Of a stretch of 64,000 nt of DNA, positions 15,001-30,000 are shown piece after piece. The stretch is from Bugula neritina (lineage: Eukaryota > Animalia > Bryozoa), in NCBI GenBank assembly GCA_964035545.1, contig OZ037766.1, forward strand, positions 15,118,722 to 15,182,721. The letters are read 5' to 3'. The position numbers were made by a program, and so were the translations under genes. The notes below the pieces were generated by a model that was not told where the DNA came from, ran no database searches, and saw nothing but the letters and a program-made list of their open reading frames with translations. The number at the start of each line of letters is the position of its first letter. The first letter of the stretch is position 1.

Positions 15001-18000
15001 TCTTAAATTACCTGCGCATATGTCATGTGGTGACGTATGGCCAATATGCGATGCCAACATAACACATATGTATACATAAACTATGTATTGATATGCACTT
15101 GTAACACATACCTTTCTGGTGAAAGGCATGCACTCAATAATGTAGTACTGAGTATTCTGTGCCTGCCATACCACACCTTCAGAGTTTACAATACTTCTCA
15201 GTATAATCAGGTTGAACAGAAGTTCATCCACCCCAGAATCAACCTAAATTAATAAAACAAAATCGAATGCTGATAAAAAATTCAATTTGACTTGATTTTG
15301 AAATTGAACTAGTATGCCTTATGCATTTTACCAGACAATATCGTGAAAATGATAGAGTACAAGTAGGTATGAGAGTATTAAGATTAATATGGATTGGATG
15401 ACAAATTATAGCAGTTTACTACTAGGAAAAACATAATATTTGTGTGATTATGAACAAATAAAGTGATTTAATGAATTGTACCTCGTGAGCAATATCCAAG
15501 TGTATTGTATCGAAGTTCTCCTCTTTCCGCACATCATATATTCCTCTTTTTTGTCCGTCATCCATGTCATCTTTCTGTTGGTAAGCCAGTTCATCTGTTA
15601 GCCTGGCTACAATCTCATCTGTGGATACTGTCTTGTATATGGGGATGATGATATCACGGCCTTGTACCATCTCTACCTCTCTAAGTCCCCTAATCAGATT
15701 GTCTCTCTGGAGGGTCTTACCTACACCAGCTCTGTTTGAGCGAATCAGCCGGGCCATAGACCTAAATACCATCTTACAGCTATACCAGAACATCAGCACA
15801 ATAGTTCGTTAAACTTTCCAAACTTAAGTAAAAACATTTCTATAAATTCGTATTTAAAATAAATCCAATCAAAAATGCATTGGTGCTAATTTTAAAATTC
15901 TAAAAATATTTATCTAATAAAATGTTTTATAAAATAAACTCAATCCCAATATTTTTAAAAATCTTTCTTATTCAGAGTTGATAAATAAATAATGACCATA
16001 TTACTCAACTGGCTTTTTGGCAAAAACTGAAATCAACAATTCCAAATATTACACATTGAAGAAAATTAATTTTAGGATTCTACTTTCACTCATATTCTAA
16101 GAGTAAAGAAAACTGCTTATTTTTTACTCTAGAGATGTTACAAGCTTTGCTTAAACAAACATGATGGTAAAAAATCACTAAAAAGATCAGTAGGCTATCA
16201 TGTCACGACTACACTGTGATAGTACTAGCTCAAACCAATATTTTTTAATCCCATAAGAGACTTTCGGTGAAAGTATTAAATGGTTCAACATTTAAAATTG
16301 ATAAATAAGCACTACATTCTGTTTCTAACCTTTCAGGATCAATATGGCAAGCCGAAACTGGCACTTCTGGCGGCACAGTGAGAATTCTGGTTACGTAGGC
16401 AGTGAGTTTCTTCTTGTCAGCTAGCATAGGATTCTTAACCAAGTATTTATCAAGATAGGCACGTATTCTTGCCTCTCGAACTTCCTCGGCATAAATCAAA
16501 GCAAGTCCATAATCTTTGTTACCTTCCTCTGTAGCATCACTCACTCTGTTCTCAATGAATCTACACACTTCATAGCTGAGGAGGTGGCAGTTTACCATAC
16601 AGTAGAATGAGTCAGGGTCAGCAAGTGCTCTGTTTAGGAACAGTGACACCTACAATAGAATAATAAAATATTATATTTTATACAAAGCGGTTTATTTTAA
16701 ATAATTCAAAGTTTACACTGACCTATATCATGTATTTTAATCCGGATTATAAAAACAAGCAGCTAGTTGCAAGTTAATTCATCTCAACATCTTAAGATAT
16801 AATATGTTATGGTAAGTTAGAAATAGAACTTGGTTCTTAAAAGCAACACAAAAATGAATAAAATATAAATTTGACTCATTTAGGTTTAATTAATCCACCT
16901 AATGTATTATTGACACATCCAACAATTGCCCACACTTCTTCTGAATAGACAGCTTCTGTGAATGAACAGCTACTGCATGAAAACAGCAAACCAGTGAACA
17001 GCCAGGTAATTTGGAACCCAGCCTGGCTAAATTAACTGGAATCTCAGTGAACTAGTTGAAGTAGTGAAAAGCAGAAATACTCTGCTGGAGTACGAGTTTT
17101 TCTCATTAGTGTAAACAACTTTCCGTTTTGTTGCAGCTACATAGATTGTTCATTGCAGTACCATGATGCTGTATAAAAAAGGACTTAAATATAGAATATC
17201 CTGCAACAAGTGCAATAAAGTTACCTGTTCACTGTTGGTAGATGAACTACACACGAGCACATTGTTTCTAGTTGGAGGGAAGGCGTACTGCGAGTCATGT
17301 TCATAGATAGACAGTACCATCTGGTAGGTAATTTCTACCAACGATAATGGTTTTAAATTTACTCATACGACTACTTTAAGCTTCAAAACTTGCCTCAAAA
17401 TTATTTGAAGAAATACAAGCAACTGTAATATTCATATTTTAACATTTAAAGGGAGCATTATGTTGTAAAATGCAAAGACAGGGTATTATAAAAACCTAAT
17501 ATGGTCAAAACTAGGAGAGGAAAGGAAGAGGAGAGAACACCAATAGACCATGTTATGAAAAGATACTAACAATAATAGTATAAAAGGATACCATAACAAG
17601 CATTAGAATAGGGTATTACTTAATAATACTATAGCAGGATACTATGAGAGGATACTAAGAGAAGATAATATAGAAAGATGCTATGAAAGGATAATATGAC
17701 ATAATGATACAGAAGAACAAAGAGCTAAGCTAGTAAGTCATATATAGAGCAAATTACATACTCTGTGGAGCAGCTATCAGCTGAGGCCGCCCTCTTTTTA
17801 GCCAATCAGGCAACTTTCTTTGACTTTCACTGTAAACTCTACACCCTGCAACCACAGCATACTACATTTATATATGTAGGTCACAGTAATGTGTTCATGT
17901 GCTCGGGTACAGCCTCCCCCCCCTCCGACACGCCTGCTGTACACAGATAGAGTATTTAAGCCTATAGCACTATACACACCCGAGTATTTGTGCACGAAAT

Positions 18001-21000
18001 TACCACATCATTGGTGCAACTGTATTGAAAAAAATTATAAATAATTTACAATTGTTGAGTTTATAAAAACTTCTTTTTTTTCAAATTTGGAAACCAGTTT
18101 TGCTTACACAGGCCAACAAATAACTTGATACAGAAGTCACAGTTTGAATACTTTTGTGCTTTCAGCAAATCATTTCATAATTATAAACAACAAATTTAGC
18201 AAATGAAATTAAATTGCTACCACAAAGTTAAAGTTATCCGTAATAGTTAAAACCATTCATATTTTTCATTAAACTAAATTGGTTGTTACTAAATTCACCA
18301 TATATTTAACATTGAAAACATAGAAACGTTAGTAAAAATAATTAAGAGCTTACAATAAGTAAAACTTTTAGATATCAATTTACATATGGGATTAATATCT
18401 AAAAAGTAAAGATGATTTTGATGTATTTTTTGTTCAAACAAAATTTGATTATAAAAAAAGGTTGCATAGACATGTATGTTAAAGCATTTTGTGAAACTTG
18501 AACGGCTTTATTAGACACTGTGAGTGTCTTTGAATTCAAAATTTCTAAAAACGATTTTGGTAAAACTAGCTTGAATACTATGCAAAGTATTTTTATACGT
18601 TGCACAAAGCAACTATAATTCACAGTAAAAAGAATAATAAAGTCTGCCAAGGCCTTTAATTGATATGCATGTTTGCATAAAACCTCCTAAATGGTTATTT
18701 AAAATTTTATTTCAGGTTCTAAAGAATTTACCAAGTAAATATACAGAATAATTTTATATATTTTGTGCTTAATATAGCATATTAATACTGAACTTGCCTA
18801 AACAACATAGCAGACAGTGCTGAGAGAATATTTTACAATCACCGACCTTTCAGCGTGTGTAGCAGAGAGCTGAGATGCTCAATGCTAAGAAGGTTTCGAA
18901 TTGTCTTTCCTGTCGCATCATTAAAGTCATTCCAAAATGATTCCAACTGTGAGATAAAAGAGCTTTGCCTGTTGAGAAGATGCACAAAGTCTTAAGAAAG
19001 TGTAAAACAATGAGTCTCTAGTGAGCCCTATCAGCACATAACACGAGCTAGAAATTTAGAAAAAAAAATTCTAGAAGAATGTCTTCTTTGAATATCTTCT
19101 ACACTTTTGGCACCTCAATATATATATAATGATATTACTATCATAGTTACAACATGATGAGACTAGTTTGCCCATAGAACTGACTTGTTAGTGTGACTGT
19201 TCACCTTGATCAACCACCAGCGAGAAATGATTCAGAAATCATGTGAAGACGTTGCATAACTACGCTTACAGACATAGTCATTTACAAACAACTTTGTCTC
19301 ATAAACATAATTGATTGGCTTGAGTCATATCAGGTCAAAAATTGAACGTAAAACTATTTCTCTTTTTAACCACCAACTAAAATTGCCTCCAGCATTCTAT
19401 GCCAATAAATGTATTTATATTAACTATCCAACCAAGAACATTATGTTATAACTGGCAGTCAAATATAAGCATATTCAGAACTCCCAAAGAATAGATCAGG
19501 TAACATGATGTCTCGCTGACAACGTAGCCGATGAAGCATACCTGTTGATGTTAGATGTGATGGAACTAAGCACACCCTCAGAGGTTTGCAGCTCCTCCTT
19601 TTTTGACTGGTCGGCTAAACTTTCTTTGTTCTCTTCAATCCAAGCCATTGTTTTAGCTAAAAATAGTTGCACATACATTCTTTATCTTTGAGTAGCATCT
19701 ATATTCTATGATTGAAGCTGAGAAAAGTTTTTTTTAATAGAGAGTCACTGCATAGTAATAAACAACAAACAACTACTCGTAAAGAAATAACTCACGAATA
19801 TGTGAACCCAAAATACATATTCATAAATAGTGTTTGTCAAGTTAATAAACGTCACATCATCAGATTAACAAGTTAGCTGCAGTATGATCTACAAAAGCCT
19901 ACCAGGTGACAAGTCTTTCTGAACTGCTTGAATCACAACACTCCGTGGCAAATCATCATGTTCCTCCATAATCTCATCAAAAAGATCTCTATGAATGGCT
20001 GACATAGACTCAAACATGGCAGTCTCATCATCTACTTCCATAGCTTGGCCATTGGGTGGATATTTGATCAGGTGAAACCACAGAGTCCTGCAGTCTACTT
20101 CATATATCATAGCCAACAGTGGCAGGCTCTGTAATTGAGTCAACATTTGTGCCAAAATTAAGATAAAAGACAAATTGACACAAACCAAAATAAATAGTGG
20201 GCCAGAATAACAGCTGCTATATTACTATTGGACTATGGGTTGGGTAGTCAGCAATGATGAATGAACGTAAACTTGCTTGCAGAATAATAAATGTTTCTCC
20301 CAAAATGTCAGGCAGTTAAGTTTAGGTACAGAAAATCAGCCACCATAAACAGTTCAAACCTGCTTCAAGCACGAATTATCTTGCTGCTGAAAATATGTGC
20401 CCAGCTCCTTTCTTAGAACCACCAGTTGTTCAGTTGTGTAGTAATTGAGAGCATGGTGCTCCCTGGAACAGAACAACAATACTATATATAGGTTATTAGA
20501 ATTAATTGTATTAAGCATATCTGCTGTTTCTTTCCTGGTCAAATATTTATGGGCAGATTCCGTAAATTGTAAACAGCAGTAGCCATTGAGCGCTCTGCCT
20601 GTCAAATCTGATTATTCTTGAAGTCTTAATTTATGCTCAATCAGTTATAACTAATCTTTGAATTATGTTTATAAATTGCAAGGCCAAAATTTTCATGTTC
20701 TATAACCTACATGTATGATAGTCCTCAAGTACTAAAACTTTAAGACTAACATGTTAAAACTTTATTTAAACTTTGTAGTTTATATAGCTCTAAACTGATT
20801 CAAACTTTATATCCAAGGTACTAGCAGCTTATGCTGTACACTGACCTTCTCTTTTCAATCATCATCTGTTGCCAACTTTCTAAGCAACGAGTCATGAATT
20901 CATACAGGTCGTGGCAGTGATCCAGAATTGTTTTCCCAGCAGACGGTTTACCAACAAACTGGTGCTTAATAGATTGCAGTTTAAACTTCACTTTGGAGGT

Positions 21001-24000
21001 CATTTCAGTAGAGCAGTCAATTTTCACCAACATCTCATCGAACTGTATGCAACCCTCCCTTCTGATCTCCAGATACACTCTGGCTAATCTTTCAACTGCA
21101 TCTCTCATCTGGACAAACACGAGATTATTAGAAACATCGGGAAGGTAACAAAGCAGAATGGGGGCATTGGCAATGGCGTTTGACTACATCTCTGTCAAAG
21201 CCAGTTAAAAGCCAATCAGGAGACTGATCTTGCTACTTATCAGTCATGTGATTGACTATATCCCATGTTACAACACAATTAGACAATTGTTACATGAAAA
21301 AGTTCAAGCTCTCTTACACGAACCCAAATTACGGCACAATACTCACTTCATCAAATCGTTTTATTGTGTTCATGTTTTCTTTTTGCTTTTCACCAGCAAC
21401 TAGAGTTAGTTTGCTCTGCAAGTCTTTGAGGTCACTGTAACTGTAGCACTTCTTTATCTTTTCACCATTTTCAGATTGGCCAGAGTTCTTTTGGTCTACC
21501 ATGCAGCTAAGCGAAATCACATCCTCGACTGTCTACACACAAAAAAGAGATATTTAATTACTGAGACAACAAATGCCAATCAGAGACGAAGAGAAGTTTC
21601 GAACACTTTCATATTCAAATTGAACAAGGGCTTTTAGTATTTTACGCTGAGGATGGCATCCTACTGAAAATTAAACAAACAATTGTTAGTAACTACAAAA
21701 AACCTCTCAATATACAAAAATAAAAGTTTTGTGGCAAGCAAGTACCTGCAACGAAAAGGGAGATGACACATTGTAATATGCATCACAACTAGTTACCTTA
21801 AATTGTTTACTGAAGTTGTGTATATTTCCAACCAAGTAAACACCAGTCTTGTTAATGGCAGTGGCTTGTGCTATTGAGTCTATTTCTACACTTCCAAATT
21901 GGTCCTTGACCTTCTTAATCCAGTCCACTTCAGCAGAAGAACTTTCCTATAGCACAAATTTATTGAAACAAAAATATTGTAAAACGTGAAACCAAAGCGC
22001 TTGCTTAACATTTTAAACAACTTACCAAGTTATTAGGCAGCTCTCTATTTTCTTTGAGGGAGTCCCACACGCCATTGCACATCTCAAGAAACTCTTCAAA
22101 ACTTGTGGTTGTGTTACTAAAATCATAATAAATGAGCGGCGCATAGCCAGTTAGAGCTATTAATAGACACCTTGTCTTCTGCGCGGCCAAATCATCTTCA
22201 CCAAGTGTACTGCTTGCCAGATCAACAAAGTTACTGATGTCCTTACCTACAACAACACCAGTTATACAATTCATGCGTTGAAGCTACCATCTTCAATAGT
22301 TTTCACCACTCATAATATTCAGTCAACTTACGCGGGACTTCTCTCTTCACCCATTCTACAAACTCTGTGCATTCCTTAAACTTGCGAATGCACTCAATCT
22401 GCTCCTTTGTAATGTCTTTGATTCTACTGCCAGTCCTTAGCAGGTCATCGGATATGTCTTTAAGCAGCAACTTTTTGCTTTTCTACAAAATACATGTTGC
22501 ACAATCTCAGATTACACAGCTATGTTTTTCTGCACATAAACAGACATCAATTGTAGTTAACCATTGTAGGCACAATACATAATACACAAAACATAAATAA
22601 TTAACATCAAACTTTTTAAACTCAAATAAATCAAATGCTCTATTAGAAGCAGATGATTTATGGACAAAAAAGAGATAAAAATTCATGAACTTACAGACTC
22701 CAAGATTTTTTCCATGTCAGAGAAATCTCCAGTTAATCCGAATTCTTGGCGCATTGCCAGCATAGTTTCAGCATTATAATGACAGTGATCCAGATGAGCA
22801 CACAGGGACACCTGCTTCTTCCTGTCCTTCAAAATCTTTTCACTGACCATGTGCTCTAATTCACTCTTAAACTCGTTCAAATCTTGGCCAAAATATGTTT
22901 TATGTATTTCTTCCAGTCCCCGGATTGTTATTTCTCCTATAAATAACCAATTTGTTTTACGGTTACAATCATCCTAAATCAATAGTACAAGTGCTGTAAA
23001 GAATCTATAGAACGGTGGAAGCAACCAACCTGATTCCAGATTACTGCAAACTTGGTTCAATTTATCCACAGCTTGTTGGTGTATCTTCACAACATCAGCA
23101 AGTGGTCCAGTAACAGCCCGTGAAACATATATGGCGAAAGCTCGTTCATAAACTCGCCGGTGGCAGTAGTTTTTAAAAGGAAGCAAAATATCACGAACTC
23201 CTTGTGGAATGAGCTCACAAACAATATGGCCATTATCCATAATGGCATCATTAAACTGAAGAGTCGCAATGTCTCTGCTTAACCAGCTATCAATTTGATT
23301 TCTCTCTACAAATATATGAAAAAAGCTGAGTGTATTTTGGTATTGCTTTTACAAAAAAAATATATACTACTAAAAAACCTACAATGTTCAAGCCCACAAC
23401 CTGCCCAAAAAGTAACAACTAAGTAGACTTACCATCAACCACTCTGTCACAAGTGCACCAGAGATCACTAAAGAGTGAGCGGAACTCTAAAAACAGTAAT
23501 CGTAGTCGTTCTCTGAGCTGAAAAGCCGACTCTATACGCTGCCGGTTACTCTTGAGTTCAGCAGACACATCACACAACTCGAGAACTTTGCTCTGGTGAT
23601 CGCGAAGAAACTTAAAATTTGAAAATGAGATACAGCCGTTGAGCAGATTATGAAACACTGAGGTCAAGGCTTTTGCTGATTTGAGCAATCGAGAGCTGTT
23701 TTCTTGACTAATGCAGTCTCGCTTATCATCAGTCAGGTTCTCTACAAAGAATAACATTACAATAGATATCTATATATTCATGTTCTCCTAATTAAACCCA
23801 TGGATTATTAAATAGAAACAAGCAAAAAATAAACATACGGTAAAAGTTCCAAACAGGAAGGAAGTTGCCCCACTCGACCATGTTCCTCACAATATTCTCT
23901 ATACTTTCATCATTCCTATCCCAAGTTTTATTTAGCGCCTGATCTACCAGTGAACCAATCTTGTGCTTCATCGTTCCAAAAAGTATTCCAGATTTTTTAG

Positions 24001-27000
24001 TGTCCTGTCACAAATAGCATGATTGAACACCAATAAACTAATCAAAGATAACCCACTCTACAACTAAGTAGCTACATTACGATTATTACAATACTTTATG
24101 ACCATAGGAACAATACAAATATGAGTGACTTACCATTAGAATCTGCTCAGCACGGAGGAAGGCTACTTCTGCAACGGTATTTCCCATGTCAGGAATGAAC
24201 TCCTGGTTACAATAGAGATCAACTACAGCCATAGTGTTAGTCTTTGCCACCTAAACACACATTAGACATGTATACAAATCTTTCAAACAATGCCAAAAAG
24301 AGCCAACACACTAACCATGTGTCCATCAGTTGTGGTTACCATGTAGTGTTCTGCAAGGTCTTTACTCACCAGGCCTAAGGTCTGTACTTTACATCAACTG
24401 CCAGCAACTTCCTTACAACAAATTATTATCAGCTGAATCTAAATCAACAATTTGAAGACCTCGTATGAGAAATAAGAAAGCTTCACAAATATTGAGGCCC
24501 CATGGTTTTCTACCTCAACCATCAATGTTTGACTTACTTGCACCAATCTTTCCTTAAGCTGTCTTTGCAGAAGTTGTATCCAGTAGCTGGACAGAATTTC
24601 ATTTGCGGCTTGACATTGGAACAACTCCTCCCAAATCTACACATAAGTTTGCAAGTAGAAATCGATAAATAGGTTTATGTTGAATTGTCAAAGACTTTTT
24701 CGGCATCATGAAAACATGTGGGCAATAGCTTTGAACTATCAAGGCATCATAACAAAACTCTACAATGATGGTGGATATAAAATACAAGACAATAATTCAA
24801 AACACAACTTCTATTTCTTAGCTTCAAAGCACAAGGTGATGAGTGACATGTTACATTTGAGTGACTTGAAACAAAACTTACCTGTATTTCTTCGGGCTTC
24901 AGCAAATTACCATTATTTCGAGATGACCAGTGAGGGTAGCTTCTCTGAAGAAATCCTCTTGGGTTCAGCAGTTCAACTGAGGTAAATAAGCCCCCGAATG
25001 CTGTGCTTAGATCACCAAGTAGAGCGACTAATGGACTCATCAGAGAGTTGAACAGCTCTTCATTTTGGGCATGACTTGTTTTTGGAGTTGACTTGGTCTG
25101 CTGGGGTTTGTATGAGGAGAACTTCTTGTCAAACACGAGCAGGTAAATTTGAACAATTTCATAGAAGCCTTTAGATGCAACATGAGAGAATTCTGTAGAC
25201 ACTAAGAGTTCCAAGAATTTCTGTGTTAAAGACACTGATTGGTCATCAGGAATGCATGTGGGTCTGCAATAAAAACCAAACAAGGCTAACAAATGCTCAT
25301 GTATTTTTCACAAAATAATATAATATGAAACATCATTTCTTGCCATTACCATGTTTAAACATTAACAAAATTGTGATAGGCCTATGCCTAATTGCTATTG
25401 ACATACTTGCTAAATCACTGCAGTATTTTTACGCCATCAGTGCACACTGAATTGAAACAAAAATTTTCTAAAAAATTTAAAAAGAATGCTATATAATTGT
25501 TAAAACTTGCAAAAATTACACCTTTGAAATAAATATTGCACTCAAAAATCTAATATAACTTGTACTCTACCGTTTAATAGAAACCTTGACAAACTTCAAC
25601 AACCCTTGAAAGAGTTTGAAAACCTGAAACAGTAACCCAGCAAATATTATTTATTTATCACATATTTGGATTTTTTTATTACCAAAAAATTTGCAAGTGC
25701 CAACTTACTAAATGCTGGACTAGCTCATTATTGTGCATACAATTTGCTAACAATGTCGTAACCACCGAAAGTTATGAGTTGTGGGAAAGCAAAAGCAATA
25801 CGTTCAGAAAACAATATACCTGCTCGGACTTATTTCTCGTATTTAAATTCTGAGAAACTTGATGGAGCACTGCATTCAATGGAATCATATACAGAGCAGA
25901 CATATTCTCCGTCTGCAAGACGTGTATCAACTCGGAGCAGGTCAGCAGCTTCAGAAAAGTATACGGCAGCCTCAAGTCAACTCTAAACCATGGTGATAAC
26001 CAGTTTAGCCAGCTTCGCCATTCAGTCCTTGAAAGAAAAGAAAAACCAAATAGCTACTTTGATGTCAATTTACTAAGAGGTTTAGCTGCTGCAAATGGTA
26101 TATTATAAAGAAATAAATTTATATTAAACTTGTTGATTATGCTTATACTCCAGCACAACAATTGCAACATCCTCAAAAACTTAAAATATATAATTTAATA
26201 TACTCACTGGATAGAGGCATCTTATAGTCCATACTATTGTAGATAATTATTCATAAAATACTATTTTTCAAACATTTTAAAATATCTGTTATCAACATCA
26301 TATTGCATACAATGAGTCATAGAACAATTATTAAACAGTGTAAACTTACGGATTCTGAGGTCGTACATGAAGGCTTCGAATGAGCTTTGAATCGAGTTGA
26401 GCGTCAACCCACTGGTCACTATCAACAAACTTGGTAAGAGTGCTGGAGTAGGACAGCAAGCCAACAAATGGGAGAAGAGCCACCCATACAGGGTTATGCA
26501 TCATGCGGCCACCAATGATGCCAATACTTGATAGTAGGGAAGCATGAACCTTCCTGTAAGATTTAAAAAGAGTTACTCTGTAATACAAGAACTTCGCATT
26601 TATGTGTATTATTTCAATTTCAAATTTGAATAAAAATTTACTAAACTTACTGCCGTAAATCTTCGTTACCAAAAATCTGCTTGGTAAAGAGAGAAATTAG
26701 CTTTTGTCCTGCACTAAGTTGATCATTCTGATTGACTTTTCTCCCCCCAGGGGCCGAAGATTTAGTAAGTTTTGTCAAATCCTGCTGAAGAGCAGCTACT
26801 CTATCCATTGTAGCACTGATAAATCTGACAAACAAGTCTTTGTTTGCCTCAATCAGTGAAAACCTATCGTCATATCTGAACCAAGACAGGTGGAGGAGAC
26901 CAAGCATAGAGCCAACTATTTGACAGATGTCATTCATATCTTGTAAACCATTCAAACAGTGCCTAATACTGTCTGTGATATAGCTGGAGAAAACCTACAA

Positions 27001-30000
27001 AAATGTAATAGATAAATTGTACTTTGTATCCAACAGAAGTAAAATTATATATAATAGACATCAACCAAAAACAAAAGACCAGCATCGCAACAACCTGAAA
27101 GATTAAAGAGTAAAAAAGGAAGAATTTTTGTCACGTATTTAGCCACCGGATAGAATCAAAGAACAATTAAGAAAAGAAAATAATTTTTCTTGACTATACC
27201 TGGTCCAGTTGGAGCATTGTAGATGTCATGTTGTAATGTTCAGGTGTTGTTTGGAAACCAGTGAGCAGCGGATATTGCTGTGACCTCACTTGCTCACACA
27301 TATCACATAGCGTGAGGAGAGTGGACCCTTTCTCGATCTCTAAAGACCAGTTAGGTAACATAGCCCGAACTCCTTTGGAATAATCAGCACTTTCTTGTCC
27401 AAATTTTAAAATACGCGAGTCCGCGTGTTTCCAAATGTCTGAACGTTTACTAGGGAAAGTCACTCCATCATAGACTGTAGCATCAGGTCCATTACCTGTG
27501 CAGACACAAGGCATACTTTTATTGAGCAATTTGAAGGTCGTCCTCTAAGGCTGATATGGTGAAAGAATGCATGTTTTGTTACCAAAAAATAAATGGAATT
27601 TTAGGCAACAATAGAATATTAAGATTACAAGTTAAAACCAAAACTGAATTAATTAATAAAAGTCGCACACATTATATTACATGTAAGCAATAGACAGCAT
27701 GCTTACCACCAATAGAAACAGAACGGTATGCTGTGGTTCTGTATTTTGCTCTGTGAATATACTCCCAATTGTCTTTAGAATAATTGACTCCATCATACAC
27801 TAAATATCTGTAGTCGGTGGTGTATGCTTGAGTTGATAGCGGAGTAAGTAATTCTCCAATATACACACCTTCTTCACTACTCATAAAACAAAATGTTTTT
27901 ATTATATTTTATGTTTTTGTTCAACTTTCATCTACCCTAGCTTAAATTTTAAGCAGATAGCAGCTGCAGCTTTATTAGTCGAGTCTAATTGTTACAATAG
28001 CAACAGCTGTGAAGGGGGTTGTCAAGCCAATTACTGGTAACTTGCAGACAAATACGTAGGTTCTTAGTCACCTTATTGTAGTAAATTCTCAAAAAGAAAC
28101 TTTAGGCAAGCTGTTTAGAGTAAAATTTGGTGAATTTGGCGACTTTCAAAAGAAAAGAGCTCACCAAGCTTTAGAGCACAAAAGTAGTTACGATTGAAGT
28201 AAAGAAATACAAGCTAATTGAGTAAATAAGTGTATACCAAAACCTCAACTACAAGTCAATCATGAATTACCTTTTTTTCATTCCTACGAGAGTTTCATTC
28301 CACCCAGGTTTCTCAGCACGAACCTCTACTACAGGTTCTGTGACGCCGTGCTCTTCAAAGTACTTGGCAAAATAAGTGGACAGAATTACCTTGAAAGTGA
28401 GACATCGCATAGTCCTAGAAAATAAGATGCACTAGGTGGTCAAAATTCTCCAAGTATAAGCAGTTTTCAATTGTTTGCTGTTTTAATTATAACGCAGAAA
28501 CCGTGTGGTGGGCAAACACATTTGCTGGCATCAGCGATGCTTTTAAGAATTACATCTCATGTCTAGCATAACAAGTACCAACTTAATAACCACTGTAATC
28601 TGCCAGAAACGGTTCATTTGAAAATTATTGTCAATAAAACACTGCTAACAACTGCAGGCCATGGGGTCAAACCTAACAAGTCTGATAAATGGATTTCCTA
28701 TAGCTCAAGTAACATACAATTTTAATGACAGTCAGTAGCAAAGCTCAACAAGGATTTAATGTTTTTGCTTTACCTCCTAAAGCATGCTAATATTTACATG
28801 GTTTTATATAATATCAACCTTTTTTCTTACCTTTTCTTCTTTTTTTTCTCAACAATCTTAGTTATTTTCACCTGTGGTATACATACAAAGACTAATTTTG
28901 ATGTATAATATAGAAAAGATGGCATAACGTTTGAAATCCAATATCACATGTACTAGCATATAGTTGAGGTAGGCAACTATAAAATAATTGACATAATATA
29001 CCTTTTCTAGATTGTTGTTTTCAAAAAGTTCATTTAAATTCTTTGATTCGTTGTTGATGAAGTCACTCATGCCCTTCATTGCATGTTTTTGAGCTTGTGA
29101 TGGCCTTTTAGCAGATCCGTGACCTGCTGGTGAGTTGGATTTTCTTTCAAACGCTGTCAGCAAGTTTCCTATTTTCTCTCTCCATTTCAACACGGAACTG
29201 CTATCAGCAGGAGTAAGTTGGTATGTGTCACCAAATGTTTCAAGCTTAGTCATGTATTCATGAATCACTTCTACTACGTCTTCAAGTAAACCTTTTCAAC
29301 ACAATAACATTGACAGATAATTATAGGAGCAAACATAACGCAACAGCTAAATATATACATACATTTAGTAGACATTTGCTGTTTAAAACAGGGTACTTTA
29401 ATAGCTCCAATTTAAAATCCTCTATAAAAATGACAGATGGCATATAACAATTTACAATATGCTAAATTATGTTCTAAAAAATTCTGCTTTCACCTTCTGA
29501 AGAATTGTCCTTAGAAGCACTTGCTTTGGCGTGTGAGTCTGTTTCAGGGTGCTTCTCTTCATCCTTTTTATCTGCAATTCCAACATAATTGATATAATTG
29601 AATATATTGAAACAATACAGTTGATTTGATAGAAAGATTTATACAAATATATTAATCCTTTTCCTAGAGCTGACAATCTAGAAAGCTGAAATGGCTAAAA
29701 AAACATGTTACGATAAAAACTGCAAGGCTGAATTACTTTGTACGGCCAAAGATCAAGAAAGTTATAATTACTCCCCTACATAATAAAGTAAAATGAACAG
29801 TTTAAATAAACCGACTGCCAATACTAACCTGTCTGATGCGAATCCTCCTGCATAGGTACGCTGCCAGTGACTGCCACTGTGTCTCCTGCACCACCACCAC
29901 CATCAGCACCAGCTTCTACACACCAACATGTAAGACAGTTATTATGCTGATGAAATGTGAGACACATCACTAGTTAGGGATACCTTAACTTGCTTCAAAA

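Noticed and set aside
17850-18000. GC-rich intronic patch, possibly a Helitron or SINE fragment
   Set aside because: No termini, TSD or second copy visible in the window.
24316-24450. Possible extra exon with an in-frame TGA (pseudogene or selenocysteine signal)
   Set aside because: Direct splicing of LKERLVQ (24538) to VAKTNTM (24250) is in frame, so no extra exon is needed.
3570-26000. Plus-strand ORFs overlapping RNF213 exons (e.g. 3570, 4034, 8055, 12593, 15621, 24677, 25774)
   Set aside because: Antisense shadows of coding exons with no recognisable motifs.
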